From Camelus dromedarius (Eukaryota), in NCBI RefSeq assembly GCF_036321535.1, contig NC_087437.1:83206001-83270000 (forward strand): a DNA stretch of 64,000 bases. The letters run 5' to 3'. A program made the translations under genes and the position numbers. Below, piece by piece: positions 1-12,659 of this stretch (position 1 is the stretch's first letter; every line of letters starts with the position of its first letter). The notes below the pieces were generated by a model. That model was not told where the DNA came from and searched no databases. It worked only from the letters and a program-made list of their open reading frames with translations.

Positions 1-945
1 TTATTTTTCTTTCTGTGTTTTATTTTTAGTTTCATGCCATTGTGGTCAGAAAAGATGTTTGAAATAATTTCTGTCCTCTTAAGTTTGTTGAGAATTCTTT
101 TGTGTCTGAGTATATGGTATATCCTAGAGAATGTTTCATGTGAAATTGAAAGGAATGTATATTCTGTTTTTTGGAGATGTAGTGTCCTAAAAATATAAAT
201 TAAGTCTAACTGTTCCATTGTGCCATGTAGTGTCTCCATTGCCTTACTACTTTTCTGTCTGGAAGTCCTGTCCAGTGATGTTAGTGGGGTGTCAAAGTCT
301 CTTACTATTATTGTATTCCCACTAATTTCTCTCTTTATATTTGTTAGTATTTGTTTTCTCTATTTGGGTACTTCTATATTGGGTGAATATATGTTAGCAA
401 GTGTAGTAGCCTCTTCTTTTATTGTTGCTTTTATCATTATATTGTGTCCTTCTTTATCTTTCTGTATGGCCTTTGTTTTAAAGTCTATTTTGTCTTATAT
501 GAGTATTGGTACCCCTGCTTTCTTGTCATTTCCATTTGCATGCTATATCTTTTTCTGTTCTCTCACTTTCAATCTATGTGTTCTTTCCCTAAAGTGGGTG
601 TCTTGTATGCAGCATATTGTAGGGTCTTGCTTTATTATCCAGTCTGCCACTCTGTGTTGTTTGTTTGGAGAATTTAGTGCATTGACATTTATGGTTACTA
701 TTGATAAATGTGTGTTTATTGCGATTTTATACTTTGTTTTCCAGCTGATTTTGTATTTCTTCTTTGTTCCTTTCTTTGTGTGTGTGATTTGATAATTTTC
801 TTTTGTATTAGCTTTATTTCTTTTCTTTTTGGGCTTTGTGATTCTATTTTATGCTTTTGATTTGTGGTTACCTTGTTTTTTCAAATATGTTTACCCATTT
901 ATATATCTCTTTGCTTTAGACTGGTAATCATATAGAGTCAAACTA
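1..945 (-). mobile_element. L1 fragment (ORF2 endonuclease region and inter-ORF spacer), degraded
   Basis: Collinear with 61090-62030, whose minus-strand ORF (THRLKVRG..IFHASGNDKKAEVAIVISDKTDFK) is the L1 ORF2 endonuclease domain. Confidence 0.9.
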
Positions 946-989
946 TATAGATAGTCTCAAATTATATAAACTCAAACGGATGTGCTGTT

Positions 990-2762
990 TTATTGAGGAT
1001 TTTTTGCATTTAGTTCATCAGTGTTATTGACCTGTAATTCTTCATTTTATATGGTATCTTTGTCTGGTTTCAGTATTGGGGTAATTCTGGCCTACGGAAT
1101 GAGTTTGGAAGCATTTCTTCCCCTGCAATTTTTTTGAAATAGTTTGAGAAGAATAGATGTTAAGTCTTCTCTAAATGTTGGGTAGAATTCACCCAAGAAA
1201 CCTTCTGATCTGGACTCCTGTTGCTGGGAATTTTTAAATTACTGATTCAATTTCATTACTAGTTATTGCTCTATTCATATTTTTCATAGTTCAGTCCTGG
1301 TAGATTGTACATTTCTAGCTTTGTACATTTATTCTTGGTTGTCCATTTGATTGGTATATGATTGTTCATAGTGATTTCTTATGATTTCTATTTCTGTTGT
1401 GTTAATTTTAACTTTTCCCTTTTCATTTCTGATTTTATTGATTTTTGCTTTTTTTTCTTTATGACTCTGACTAAGCTTCATCATTTTTGTGTATTTTTTT
1501 CAGTGAACCAGGTCTTAATCTCACCGGTCATCTCCATTGTATTTTAGTCTCTATTTCATTTCTTTCTGCTCTGATCTTTATAATTTATTTCCTTCTACTC
1601 ACTTTGGACTTGTTCGTTCTTTTTCTAATTTCTCTAGGTGTAGGGTTAGGTTGTTTATTTGAGATTTTTCTTGCTTCCTGAGGTAGGTGTGTATGAATAT
1701 AAATGTTCCTCTAAGCTGCTTTTGCTGCATACCATAGATTTTTGGATCATTGTGTTTTAAATTTCGTTTATATCTAGATGTTTTTCATTTGTTCTTTAAT
1801 TTTTTTCAGTGACCCTTTGGGTTTTTAGTAGCATATTGTTTAGCCTTTTTTATTTGTGTTTTCTGCAGTTTTTTCATGTAGTTGCTTTGTCATCTCATTG
1901 CCTTGTGTGAGGAAAAGATGCTTGATATGATTCTAATTTTCTTAAATATACCAAGGCTATTTTTACTGCCTAGCATGTGATCTATCCAGGAAATGTTTCA
2001 TGTGCACTTGAGAAGATTGTGTCCTCTACTACTTTTGGATGAGTTGTTTTATATAAATATGTTAGATCCATTTGGTCTAATATGTTGTTTAAGAGCAGTC
2101 TTTCCTTATTGATTATTTGTCTGGATGATCTCTACATTGATGTAATTGGAGTGTTGAAGTCCCTTATTATTATGTCATTGTCAATTTATCCCTTTATGTT
2201 TGTTAAGATATGCTTCATATATTTAGGTGTTCCTATGTTGTATGTATAAATATGTACAATTGTTATATCTTGTTATATGATTAATGCCTTGGTCATTGTG
2301 AAATGTTCTTCTTTCTCTCTTGTTGCAGTCTGTTTTAAAGTCTGTTTTGTCTGGTGCAAGCTTTGCTTCCTTTTCATTTCAATTGGTATAGAGTACCTTT
2401 TTCCTATCCCCTCACTTTAATTTTGTGTGTGTCTTTAGATCTACTCATCTTCCTGGTGCAGGACTTTCCAGGAGCCCAATGTGGAACTGAGACTCCTCCC
2501 TCTTAGAGACAACCTATGCGATTGCAAATATCCTCCCATGTAAGGGTCACCCACCTAAGGTATGGGTCTTGACTCTACTGCATTTCCTCCTCTTATATCC
2601 ACTTCAGTGTGCTTCCTTCTTCATATCTTTAGCTTTAGAATATCTTTTTTGCTAGGCTTCTGGCCATTTTCATGAACACTTTATATTTATATGGTTGTAA
2701 TTTTGGTGTGCCCATGGGATGAGGTGGGTTTTAGAGTCTTCCTATTCCACCATCTTGGCAAC
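990..2762 (-). mobile_element. L1 fragment: 5' UTR start (2762-2441) fused to the 5' part of ORF2 (2440-990)
   Basis: GCCAAGATGGTGGAATAGG L1 5' end at ~2760. 990-2440 aligns with the ORF2 region at 60200-61690. Confidence 0.8.
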
Positions 2763-3518
2763 CAACTTCTCATGTGTAGATTTGAACTGACAAAAGGTAG
2801 AATGAGTTAACTTGAAGCTATATTAATAGGGATTATGCAATTCAAAAGATACAGAGAGAGAAGAATGAAGAAAAATCAACAGAGTATCAGAAAAATGAGG
2901 GACGCCACTAAATGCATCAGCATATGCATATAGGAGTACCAGGAAGAGAAGAAAGTGAGAAAGAAGCAGAACAAATACTTTGAAGAAATAATGGGATAAA
3001 ACTTACCAAATTTATTGCAAAACCATAACTTACATATGCAGGGTGTTTAAGATATTCAAAATATAAAATGCAAGCATATTAATAAAGAAATACATAATAG
3101 TAATACTGCTGAAACTCAAAGACAGAAAACCTTGAAAACAGCAAGGGGAAAATCACCCATCAATTATTGGGGAACCCCAAGTAGTTTAACGCTGACTTCT
3201 GAGTAGAAACAATTTAGGCTAAAAGCAGTTGGATAACATATTTGTAGTGCTCAGGGAGAAAATAACGTTGTCAAACAAGAATCTCATGTCCAGTAAATCT
3301 ATATTTCAAAAATAAATACAAATTGAAAATTTACTCAGATAAACACGGACAGAGAATCTGTTGCTAGCAGATGTACCTTATGGGAACATTTAAAGAACAT
3401 TTAAAGAAAATTTACAAGCTGAAAGCAAGTAGCACAGGAAGTAATTCAAATCCATGCAAAAAGCCAAAGAGCATTAGTAAAATAACTAAGCAATTATAAT
3501 GGTTTAAATGCCTATTTT

Positions 3519-3648
3519 TTGGTGGGGGTGGGCAGGGCAGGAGAAGTAATTTGGTTTATTTATTTTTAGAAGAGGTACTGAGGATTGAACCTGGGATTTC
3601 ATGCATGCTAAGCATGTACTCTACCACTTGAGCTATACCCTTCTCACC
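3519..3648 (-). mobile_element. tRNA-Ala-derived camelid SINE (Vic-1 type)
   Basis: Reverse strand GGGTATAGCTCAAGTGGTAGAG...CTTAGCATGCATG...GGTTCAATCC (A/B boxes, Ala-AGC anticodon arm). TSD ttaaatgcct(a/g)tttt at 3504-3518 and 3649-3663. Confidence 0.9.
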
Positions 3649-6600
3649 TTAAATGCCTGTTTTAATTTTTTTCACATGATTCATTTAAAAACCAATTTGC
3701 AAAAAATAATATGTATATAATAAAATCTCAGACTTGTATCATACAGAAATGTAATATGTGTGCAATATATTTACTAATAACTCACAAAGAAGGTTAGTTG
3801 TAACAAAATGTATTGGTCTAAGGAAATGTCAACAGATTTGTAAAGTGAAAATTATAATATTGTATATGTCTCAAACATTAATACCTATAATATGTTATAA
3901 CACTAATACCACAAAATGGAAGAAAGTAAAAAGAGTTATATAGGTGTAACATTTTTATATATTGCTGGAGTTAAGCTAGTATAAATTGGATGCTGATTCT
4001 GGTAGGATGTATGTTTAAACCCTAGAGCAATCACAGAAAACTATACAATATAAATGTGATAAGATATAATATGATATTTAGAAAGAGTGAATTATTAAAG
4101 AAATTAAAATGTTACATTAGGAAATACTCACTTAATGAAGCATTAGAAAATTAGATGAACAAAAATACATGAGATATACAGAAAACAATAAGGAAAAAAG
4201 CAGTATTTCTCAAAGCAATATTGAGAAAAAATAACAAAGCCAGGGGCATCGCTCTCCCTAATTTCAAACTGTATTACAAAGCTACGGTAATTAAAACAGC
4301 ATATTGGCATAAAAGAGACACATAAATCAATGGAACTGAATAGAGAGCCCAGAAATAAACCTATGCATATATGTTATAATTAATTTATGATGAAGGAGCC
4401 AAGAATATAGAATGGGGAAAGGACAGTTTTTTTTTAATTACTGTCACTGAGAAACCTGGACAGCCACATAGAAGAGAATAAAATTGGAGCACTATTTTGT
4501 ATCATATAGAAAAATTAACTCTAAGTGAATTAAAGACTTGAACATAGGACCTGACAACACAAAACTCCTAGATGAAAACATAGGTCATCAGCTTCATGAC
4601 ATAAGTCATGGCAAAGATTTTTTAATCTGACACCAAAAGCAAAAGCAACAAAAGTAAAAATAAGCAAGTGGGACTATATCAAACTGAAAAACTTCTGCAC
4701 AGCAAAGGAAACCATGAACAAAATGAAAAGGCAACCTACTGAATGGGAGAAGATAATTGAAAATAATATTACTGATAAGGGGCTAAGATCCAAAATATCC
4801 AAATATACATATAACTCAATAGCTTAAAAGCGAACAGTCCTTTAAAACAAAGGCCATAATGAAAGACAATGAAGAGCATTATATAATGATAAATGGATCA
4901 ATACAAGAAGAGGATATTACACTTGTTAGCATAAATGCACCCAGTAATGGATTCTAAATATATAAGACAAATACTAACAGATATAAAGGGAGAAATTCAC
5001 AATATCATAGTAGTAGGAGGCTTTTAACACCCCATTGACATCAATGGACAGATTATCTAGACAGAAAATAAATAATGCAACAGAGGTCCTAAATGACACA
5101 ATAGACACATTGGACCTAAATCATATCTATAGGACACTACATGTAGAAAAGCTGAAAACACATTCATTTCAATTGTGCATGTACCATCCTCTAAGATAGG
5201 CCAAATACTAGGTCACAAAACAAGTCTCAACAAGTTTAAGAAGATAAAAATTATTTCAAGCATGTTTTCTGGCCAAAATGTTTTGAAATGAGAAATCACC
5301 CACAGAAAGAAAAAACAGGAAAAGAAGAAACAAATGGAGACTAAATGACATGCTACTCAAAAGCCAAACGTTTAATGATGAAATTAAAAGAGAAATCAGA
5401 AAATAATTCAAAACAAATGAAAATGAAAACACAGCTTTAAAAAATCTGTGGAGTGCAGTAAAACCAAGTAAGAGGGAAGTTCATAGCAATACAGGCCTTC
5501 CAGAATCAAGGAAATCTCAAATAAACAACCTAACCTACCACCTTAAAGAATTAGAAAGAAAGAATAAACCTGAAAGTGAGCAGAAGGAAGGTAATGATAA
5601 AATCAGAAATGAAATAAATAAAATAGAACAGGAAAAAGAATAGAAAAGGTCAGTAAAACTAAGAGCTGTTTTCTGAAAAGAAAACAAAATTAACAAACAA
5701 TTGTATTCACCAGGTTCACTGAGAAGATGCAGGACCCAAATAAATGAAATAAGAAATTAAAGAGGAGAAGTAACAACTGATACCACAGAAATAAATACAA
5801 ATTTATTCTCTTACCAAAGCCTGACAAATAAATCATGAGGAAACTCTAAACCAATATGTGTTATGAATATACATGCAAAATTCTAAAAATACTATTAAAT
5901 CCAGCAACATATAAAAAATGATTATACATAACAACCAAGTGAATTTTATTTCATGAATGCAAGGTGATTTAACCTTCAAAAAAAGGAATCAAATAAAATC
6001 ATATCAAGAGACAAAAGGACAACTATGTCAGCATCTCCAAAGAGAAAGAAAAATGCTTCACAAAATTTTAACACCCTTCCATTATTAAAAAAAAGAAAAA
6101 AAGTAGAAATAGAATAGAACTCATGAATCCTGACAAAAGACGCTTATTAAAAAACTCACAGCTAACATACTCAGTGATAAAAGACAGAAAAGTTTCCTAC
6201 CAACTTGAGATAAAGATGAGGATATCTGCTCTTGCCATTACTAGTCAACATTGTTGAAATTTCTGTGCAGATCAGCTGGGCAAGATATGGGGTGAAAGGC
6301 ATTCAGTATGGAAAGGAAGAAGTGAAAAATGTACCTGTTTCTGCAGATAACATAATCTTGTACATAAAAAATCCTAACGAGGCAACTTAAAAAACTGTTG
6401 GAACTAATAAACAAGTTGGCAAGCTTGCAGGAAACCAGATTAATATATGTGTATTGATTGTGTTTTGTCTCTTTGCCATGAGCAACCAAAAGAAAATTTT
6501 GAAAAGAATCCCCTTTTTGGTAGCATCAAAGAGGAAATACTTAGGAACACATCTAAGAAAAGAAGTACAAAACTTATACTGAAAGCTATAATACATTGTT

Positions 6601-8736
6601 GAAAGAAATTCAAGGATGTAGAAATAAATGGAAAGACATCTTGTGTTCATGGATCAGAAGACTTGATACTGTTAAAATGACAATGCACCTCAAATTGATC
6701 TACAGATGCAAGGTAATAACTGAAAATCCCAGCTTGCTTCTTTATAGAAACTGTTAAGTTAATCCTATAACTCATAGGGACTCCAGACAGCCAATACAGT
6801 CTTGAATAAGAAGAATAAAGCAGTGGAACTCATACTTCTGATTTCAAAACCTGTTTGAAACATACAATAATCAAAACAGTTTGGTAATGGCACAAAGCTC
6901 AACATTATAGATCAATGGAAAACAGATGAGGTTCCTGAAATGTACCCTCTAATTATGGGCAGTTGATTTTTTGACAAGAAAGCCAGATAATTTAAATGGG
7001 GGAAAGAATAGTCTCTTCAGCAAATTGTCCTGGGGCAATGAGATATCCACATGCGAAAGAGTGATGTTGAACCCCTGCTTCCAAACCTAAACAAAAGTTA
7101 ACATATATTGTATTAAGTTCCTAAAGAGTGAAAGCTAAATCTATAAAACTCTGAAGAAAAACATAGGTGTAAATATTTATGACATTGTATTGTGCAATTG
7201 TTGCTTGAATATGACACCAGGAGCACAGGCAATATGTTAAACAAACTAGACTTCTTCAGAATTGAGCCCTTTTTGCTTCAGAGGCTGCCATCAAGAAAGA
7301 CAACTAACAGAGTGAGAGAAAATATATGGAAATCATAAAATTGAAAATGAACTTGTATGTAGAAAATAGAAAGGACTCTTACAACTCAGTAATAAAATCA
7401 CAAATTACCCCATGACAAAAATGGCAAAGGATTCTGAATAGTCATTTCTCCAAAGAAGATGCAGGTCAATAGTTCATGACAAGATGCTCAACATTATTAG
7501 CCTAGGAAATCAGTGAAACCCACAGTAGGATACCACTTTACATGAAATATAAAGCTGTCATAAAAAAGGCCAACAGTAGTCACAAGTACTGTTGCTGATG
7601 TGGCATAATTGAAAGCCTCACGCACTCATGTTGGGAATGTAAAATGGTGGAGCTACTTTGGAAAACAGTATAGGAGTTTCTGAAAATGGTACAAAAAATT
7701 TACTATATCTGTGACCCTGCATTTCCACCCCAAGGTATATACACAAGAGAAATGAAAACATATGTCCATACACAAACATATGAATCTTCAGAGCAGCATT
7801 ATTCATAATTGAAAAACTGGTTCTAATGTTTGTATTGAAAGGCATAAGACAGAAATATCCAATAAAATACTGAAGAGGAAGAAGAATACAACTGAAGGAC
7901 TCACATTACTTGAATGCAAGCCTGACTCTAGAACTACAGTAATAAATACATCAGGGAGTTTTAGAACGACTAGACACACAAGGGAACAAAATAGCCCAGA
8001 AATGATCCAGACAAACACATCTGATCTTTGACAAAGGAGCAAAGGACAATTCAATGAATAAAGGATGGTCTTTTCATAAATGGTCCTGGAACAATTGGAC
8101 CTCCATCTGCAATAACCTAGGTGCCAACTCTACACATTTTATTAAATTTAACCCCAAATAGACCATAGATCTAAATGTAAAATGAAATGCTATAAAACTT
8201 CGACAGGAAAACATGGAAAATTTATGTAGTCTTCTGGATGATGATGAAATTTAGGTACAAAACAAAAAACACAGTCTATGAAAGAAAAAACTAAGTTTAA
8301 GTTATAATAAAATTAATGACTTCAACTCTATGAAAGATACTTTTAAAGTATTAACAGACAAACCAAGGACTGTGAGAAAATATTTGCAAAACATTCTGAT
8401 AAGGGACTTTCATAAAAATATACAAATGCTGAAAAATCAACAAGCAACTCTCCAATTTAAAAAAATGGGCCAAAGATCTGAAGAGGCATCTTACCAAATA
8501 TGAAGTACAGATGAAAAACAAGCATGTGAAAAGGTATTCAACAATTATTTGTCATTAGAGAATTTTAAATAAAAGCATTAATGTGATACCTAAAAGAATG
8601 ATTAAAATAGAAAGAAATATCAACCACTGACAGGAATGTAAAACAGCAAAAAATACACACATATCACTCTGCCAGTTGTGTGGGCCTTGAAGCAAAGACA
8701 ATGCACAAGCAGGTAGCATACCTATTGCCTGTATCA

Positions 8737-8935
8737 TTTTTTTTTTAACATTTTTTATTGATTTATAATCATTTTACAATGTTGTGTCAAATTCCAGTGT
8801 TCAGCACAATTTTTCAGTTATTCATGGACATATACACACTCATTGTCACATTTTTTTCTCTGTGAGTTATCATAACATTTTGTGTATATTTCCCTGTGCT
8901 ATACAGTGTAGTCTATTCTACAATTTTGAAATCCC
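8737..8935 (-). mobile_element. Young L1 3'-end fragment (~200 nt)
   Basis: Poly(T), tttatt, then cattttacaatgttgtgtcaaattccagtg...ttccctgtgctatacag. Near reverse complement of 30497-30692. Confidence 0.85.
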
Positions 8936-9054
8936 ATCTAATACCGTTATCCAATAATAGGGACTAGAGGTTTTTGGAGAAATGTCTGATTCTAGGACTA
9001 GAGCAGGAATTATATAAGATGACCCTGGAGCATCTTGTAATGCCAGAGAGTTAA

Positions 9055-9056
<2 letters not shown>

Positions 9057-9086
<30 letters not shown>
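9057..9086. repeat. (CAA)n microsatellite
   Basis: About 9-10 CAA units seen directly. Confidence 0.95.
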
Positions 9087-9087
<1 letters not shown>

Positions 9088-11059
9088 AAAGCTAAACAAA
9101 CAAAAACTACCGCATATACACTGTGGATAGGAGTATGTCAAAGGGATACTGGAGCCAAAGGAAACAGCTCCCAATGGTCAAAGCTAGAATGATTTGAGCA
9201 AAAAAAAAAAAAAAAAATTAAAAAGGTAGTACTTGATTATATCTCAAATAAAAAAATAAATATCCATGCATCTGTAGTAATGTAAATAAATGATTGAACA
9301 TATAATACATTAGGTGAATAGAAAAATCTGTGCAGAAGAATTCCAACTAATTTAAGTAGATATTTTGCCCCAAGTACGTGGTGCATACATAGCTCCTCTC
9401 TACGTGTGGGCTGTGCATACTGACTTCCTGAAATATAAGACACAGGAAAGAGAAGAAAGAGTAACTTTAGAGACGTTTAGAAGTAACTTTTGAAGAAAGA
9501 GTGGAGAAACCTGGCAAACAGTCCCTCAGCCTTGTGGTCAAAGTCATCAAGAGTTACAAGTCATAAAGGTAGTATTTACCGCTGAAATAATATGGTGAAA
9601 ATGACAATTTATCCCTGTGCTCTTCCTTCCAAAACCTCACCTCCGTCTAATCGTATGTAAAACATCAGGGAAATCTCAGGTGAGAGACAGTCTACAAAAT
9701 GTGCAATTAGTATTCCTCAAAACTTACAAGGATATGAAAACAAAGAATGTTTGAGAAACTGTCAGCTCAGAGAGACCTAAGGAGTAATGATGACTGAATA
9801 CAATGTGCTATCCTGAATGGGATTCTGGAGCAGGAGGCTATGAGGTTAAAAAAAAATGGAAATCTGCACAGAGTACAGAGTTCATCATAATGTAACCTTA
9901 CTGGTTCTTTAAGTATAACTAAGGTACCACACTAATGTAATATATTAATGATATGGGAAAATGGGTGTGTGATATATGGGAACTCTCTATCTTTGTTATT
10001 GTCTACAAATCTAAAACTGTTATAAAATTTAAAAAATGTATTTAAAGAAAAAGGCTTTGAGTTAAAGCTCTTCTTTTCAGAATGAAGCCAGGTGATACAC
10101 TGGAGGGAAAATAACCATCAGTTTTCCACCTTCAAATATAGTAATTGTTTCAAGCAAAGATTGTGATTAGATGCTCAAAACATTTATGCAAAGTTATTAA
10201 TGAACAGGAAATTCACATGGTTCAATGTATCACACTACACATGAGATTTTAATTAGCAAGGAAGCAAGTTATCTCTACTGTGGAAATATCTGATAGACAT
10301 TGCCTTAACCAAGTTATCGAAGTCAGCATCCCCAGTAACAAGACAAATTGATGTTAACAGATCTCATGAAGCAAGAAGGAAAACATATTACACCTATTAT
10401 TGCTGAAATATTTAATTGGAATTAATCATGAGGGAACGTTATAAAATAGCAGATTGTGGGATATTTTACATGACATGTGACCTGACTATTTGAGAATTTA
10501 AATGTCATGAAAGGAAAAAAAATGCAGAAGATCCTTCTTGATTAAAAGAGACTAAATAATAATAAAAACTGAATGTACATAGTGGCTTTTAATTGAATTC
10601 TTGATTAAGAAAATAAATCACTATAGAGGCTAATTTTGGCAAAATTGGAAAAAATTGATTGTGAACTTTTTATTATTAGGTGATGTTAAATTTCTTGGTG
10701 ATAATGATATTCTGATAATGTAAGAAATGTCTTCGTTCTTTTGAGATGTATGTTGAAGTGTTTATAGGGAAACTGCTATTCATCATGTACACGCATACAC
10801 ATGTATACAAATTAAATGGATTAATTGTACTAAATGTATAACAATTTTTAAATCTTAGTTTAAAAAATACATGGATATTTTCTCGGTTTTTCTTTAGGTT
10901 TGAAACTTTTCAAAATACATTTGGAGGAAAGTGTCATTAATCCACATCTTTCTTGAATCTCTGCTCCATTCCTCTGCCCACTTAACAGCTTAAATTCTTG
11001 AAACTTATCCTCTCATGCCACTTGTTCTTCTTTATGCTATGTTATATATATAGTACAAA

Positions 11060-11190
11060 TTAGTGGTTAAGAACATGGGATCTGGAGCCAGATAGCCTGG
11101 GTTTGGTTCCTGAACTTTACCTTAGTATTTCTGTGGGTAAATTATGGAACATCTCTGCCCCTCATATTTTTAGAGTGCAATTATGGGAAA
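11060..11190 (+). mobile_element. MIR remnant
   Basis: tagtggttaagaacatggg...tctggagccagatagcctgggttt matches the MIR head. Confidence 0.7.
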
Positions 11191-11277
11191 TTAAAATAAT
11201 GCAGCAAAAGTAAAACCAAATAAATGTGCTGAATAGTTGAATGGATGCAGATGAAAAGTTAAAGAGTGAGGATTAAT

Positions 11278-11448
11278 TTAAAATAGATAAAAAACAAATT
11301 TCTTGTATATAGCACAGGGAACTATATTCAATATCTTGTAGTAACCTGAATGAAAAAGAATATGAAAATGAATATATGTATGCATATGTATGATGAAACA
11401 TTATGCTGTACACCAGAAATTATACTTGATGATGCTTCAATTAAAAAA
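11278..11448 (+). mobile_element. L1 3'-end fragment
   Basis: tatagcacagggaactatattcaatatcttgtag...tgctgtacaccagaaatt, shared with the other L1 tails in the window. Confidence 0.85.
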
Positions 11449-11469
11449 TGAGAGATAAAGCAGGAGACA

Positions 11470-12005
11470 TGTATATTTCAGTTAATATTTATTCATTTGC
11501 AAATAAAGCATCTTTTTCAAACAAGCTTAAGCAGTAAGAAGATCTATTGGATTATAAACCACAGGAATAGTTTATTCCAGTGACTCTGGGTCTGTTTCTC
11601 CATGATTCCCTCAGTTATGCCCTTCTTCATGTATTGACTTCATCTCCAGGCTGCTTCCCCTCTAAATGGCAAGATTGACATAGACTGTGCCAGATTTCAT
11701 ATCCACACACCATGAAATTCAGAGGGAGAAACTGCTACCTATTTTGTGGATCTTTTCAAATAAAGGATACATATTTCCCAGAAACTTTCAGAAAATCATT
11801 TCTTTTGTCTCATTGGACCCAAATAAATCACACATTCTTCCCTTAACAGACCTCTGGGATTCAGTGTTGCCAGGATTGGGGTGGGTGGTGCAGAAATACT
11901 TAACAAAAATTGTGATACCCTTAGAAAAGGGAAACAAAATCTATGCATGCAAGTCTGAAAACTAAAAATATCCAGTAAAATAGAGGGTGGATACAGAATG
12001 TGCAA
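11470..12005 (-). mobile_element. Old MaLR LTR (MLT1J/K/L-like)
   Basis: gacttcatctccaggct...aaatggcaagat...tttcccagaa...tgtctcattgg pattern recalled from old MLT1 consensus sequences. Confidence 0.55.
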
Positions 12006-12019
12006 CATTTATGTAATTC

Positions 12020-12215
12020 AGAGCTCCTCCAAATTTTTGGTATCTAAATTCCCTTTTGCTCATAAAATGTCTTAGGACCATAAAGAGTTTTGTTTATGTG
12101 GATTAAATCTATCGGTATTTATAATGTTAATGATTAAAACCAAGAAATTAAAATATATGTATTTATGAATTCATTAAAAATAAAAATAATAAGCCTATTA
12201 CATAATTACTTAATT
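12020..12215. mobile_element. hAT DNA transposon remnant (MER63-like)
   Basis: aggacc..aaagagttttgtttatgtgg..tctatcggtatttat..attcattaaaaataaaaataataagcctattacat resembles MER63. Confidence 0.6.
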
Positions 12216-12541
12216 ATATTAACACTTATTGAAGGGAACATTTATTGAATGGCCAACTATGTCAGGTTCCTTATTAAGTATTGGTGATATGAAATCAGTT
12301 ATGACATGTTTCATACTCACAGGAAGAGATAGATCTTCATTTTATTATCCAACAGTTACAATTTCTTACTTTTTTCTTTGAATGTTGCTTATATCTGTGC
12401 ACTCCTCTCCTTTTAGAGTATTCTTCAGTTTCAGTTCTCCTTATCTAATACATGAAGAATTGAATTTAGTTTCCTTGCTTCAGGGCTTTCCAATCAATTA
12501 CTAGATCAGGCTTCTGAAAGATATGTATTTCTTTGTTCCAG

Positions 12542-12659
12542 GAAGACTTTAGTTTTTGATGCTTCTAAGATAAATTTAGATTTCTTAATGTGGCATTTAA
12601 GAAGACTTTAGTTTTTGATGCTTCTAAGATAAATTTAGATTTCTTAAGGTGGCATTTAA
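12542..12659. repeat. 59-bp direct tandem duplication (2 copies, 1 mismatch)
   Basis: 12542-12600 equals 12601-12659 except T12589/G12648. Confidence 0.97.

Larger units (their letters stand above)
2770..10920 (+). mobile_element. Nested old sense-strand L1 fragments (ORF1, ORF2 pieces, L1MC/MD/ME-like 3' regions)
   Basis: A-rich sequence with recognisable L1 stretches (tcaatggaactgaatagagagcccagaaataaac; gtgggactatatcaaactgaaaaacttctgcacagcaaagg; aaatggaaagacatcttgtgttcatggatcagaag). Several breakpoints; subfamilies not resolved. Confidence 0.85.

Noticed and set aside
220..792. 190-aa hydrophobic plus-strand ORF, and many similar short Leu/Phe-rich ORFs
   Set aside because: It is the antisense reading of A-rich L1 ORF2; the hydrophobicity comes from T-rich codons.
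1..945. Similarity of the window start to 61090-62030 as part of a ~61-kb segmental duplication
   Set aside because: Both are L1 sequence, and the adjacent sequence does not stay collinear, so independent insertions of one subfamily suffice.
3565..3645. tRNA-Ala gene (also 27910-27985)
   Set aside because: Mutated stems, A-rich tails and TSDs show these are SINEs, not tRNA genes.
12542..12659. CRISPR-like or satellite array
   Set aside because: Only two adjacent copies with no spacers, in a mammalian genome.
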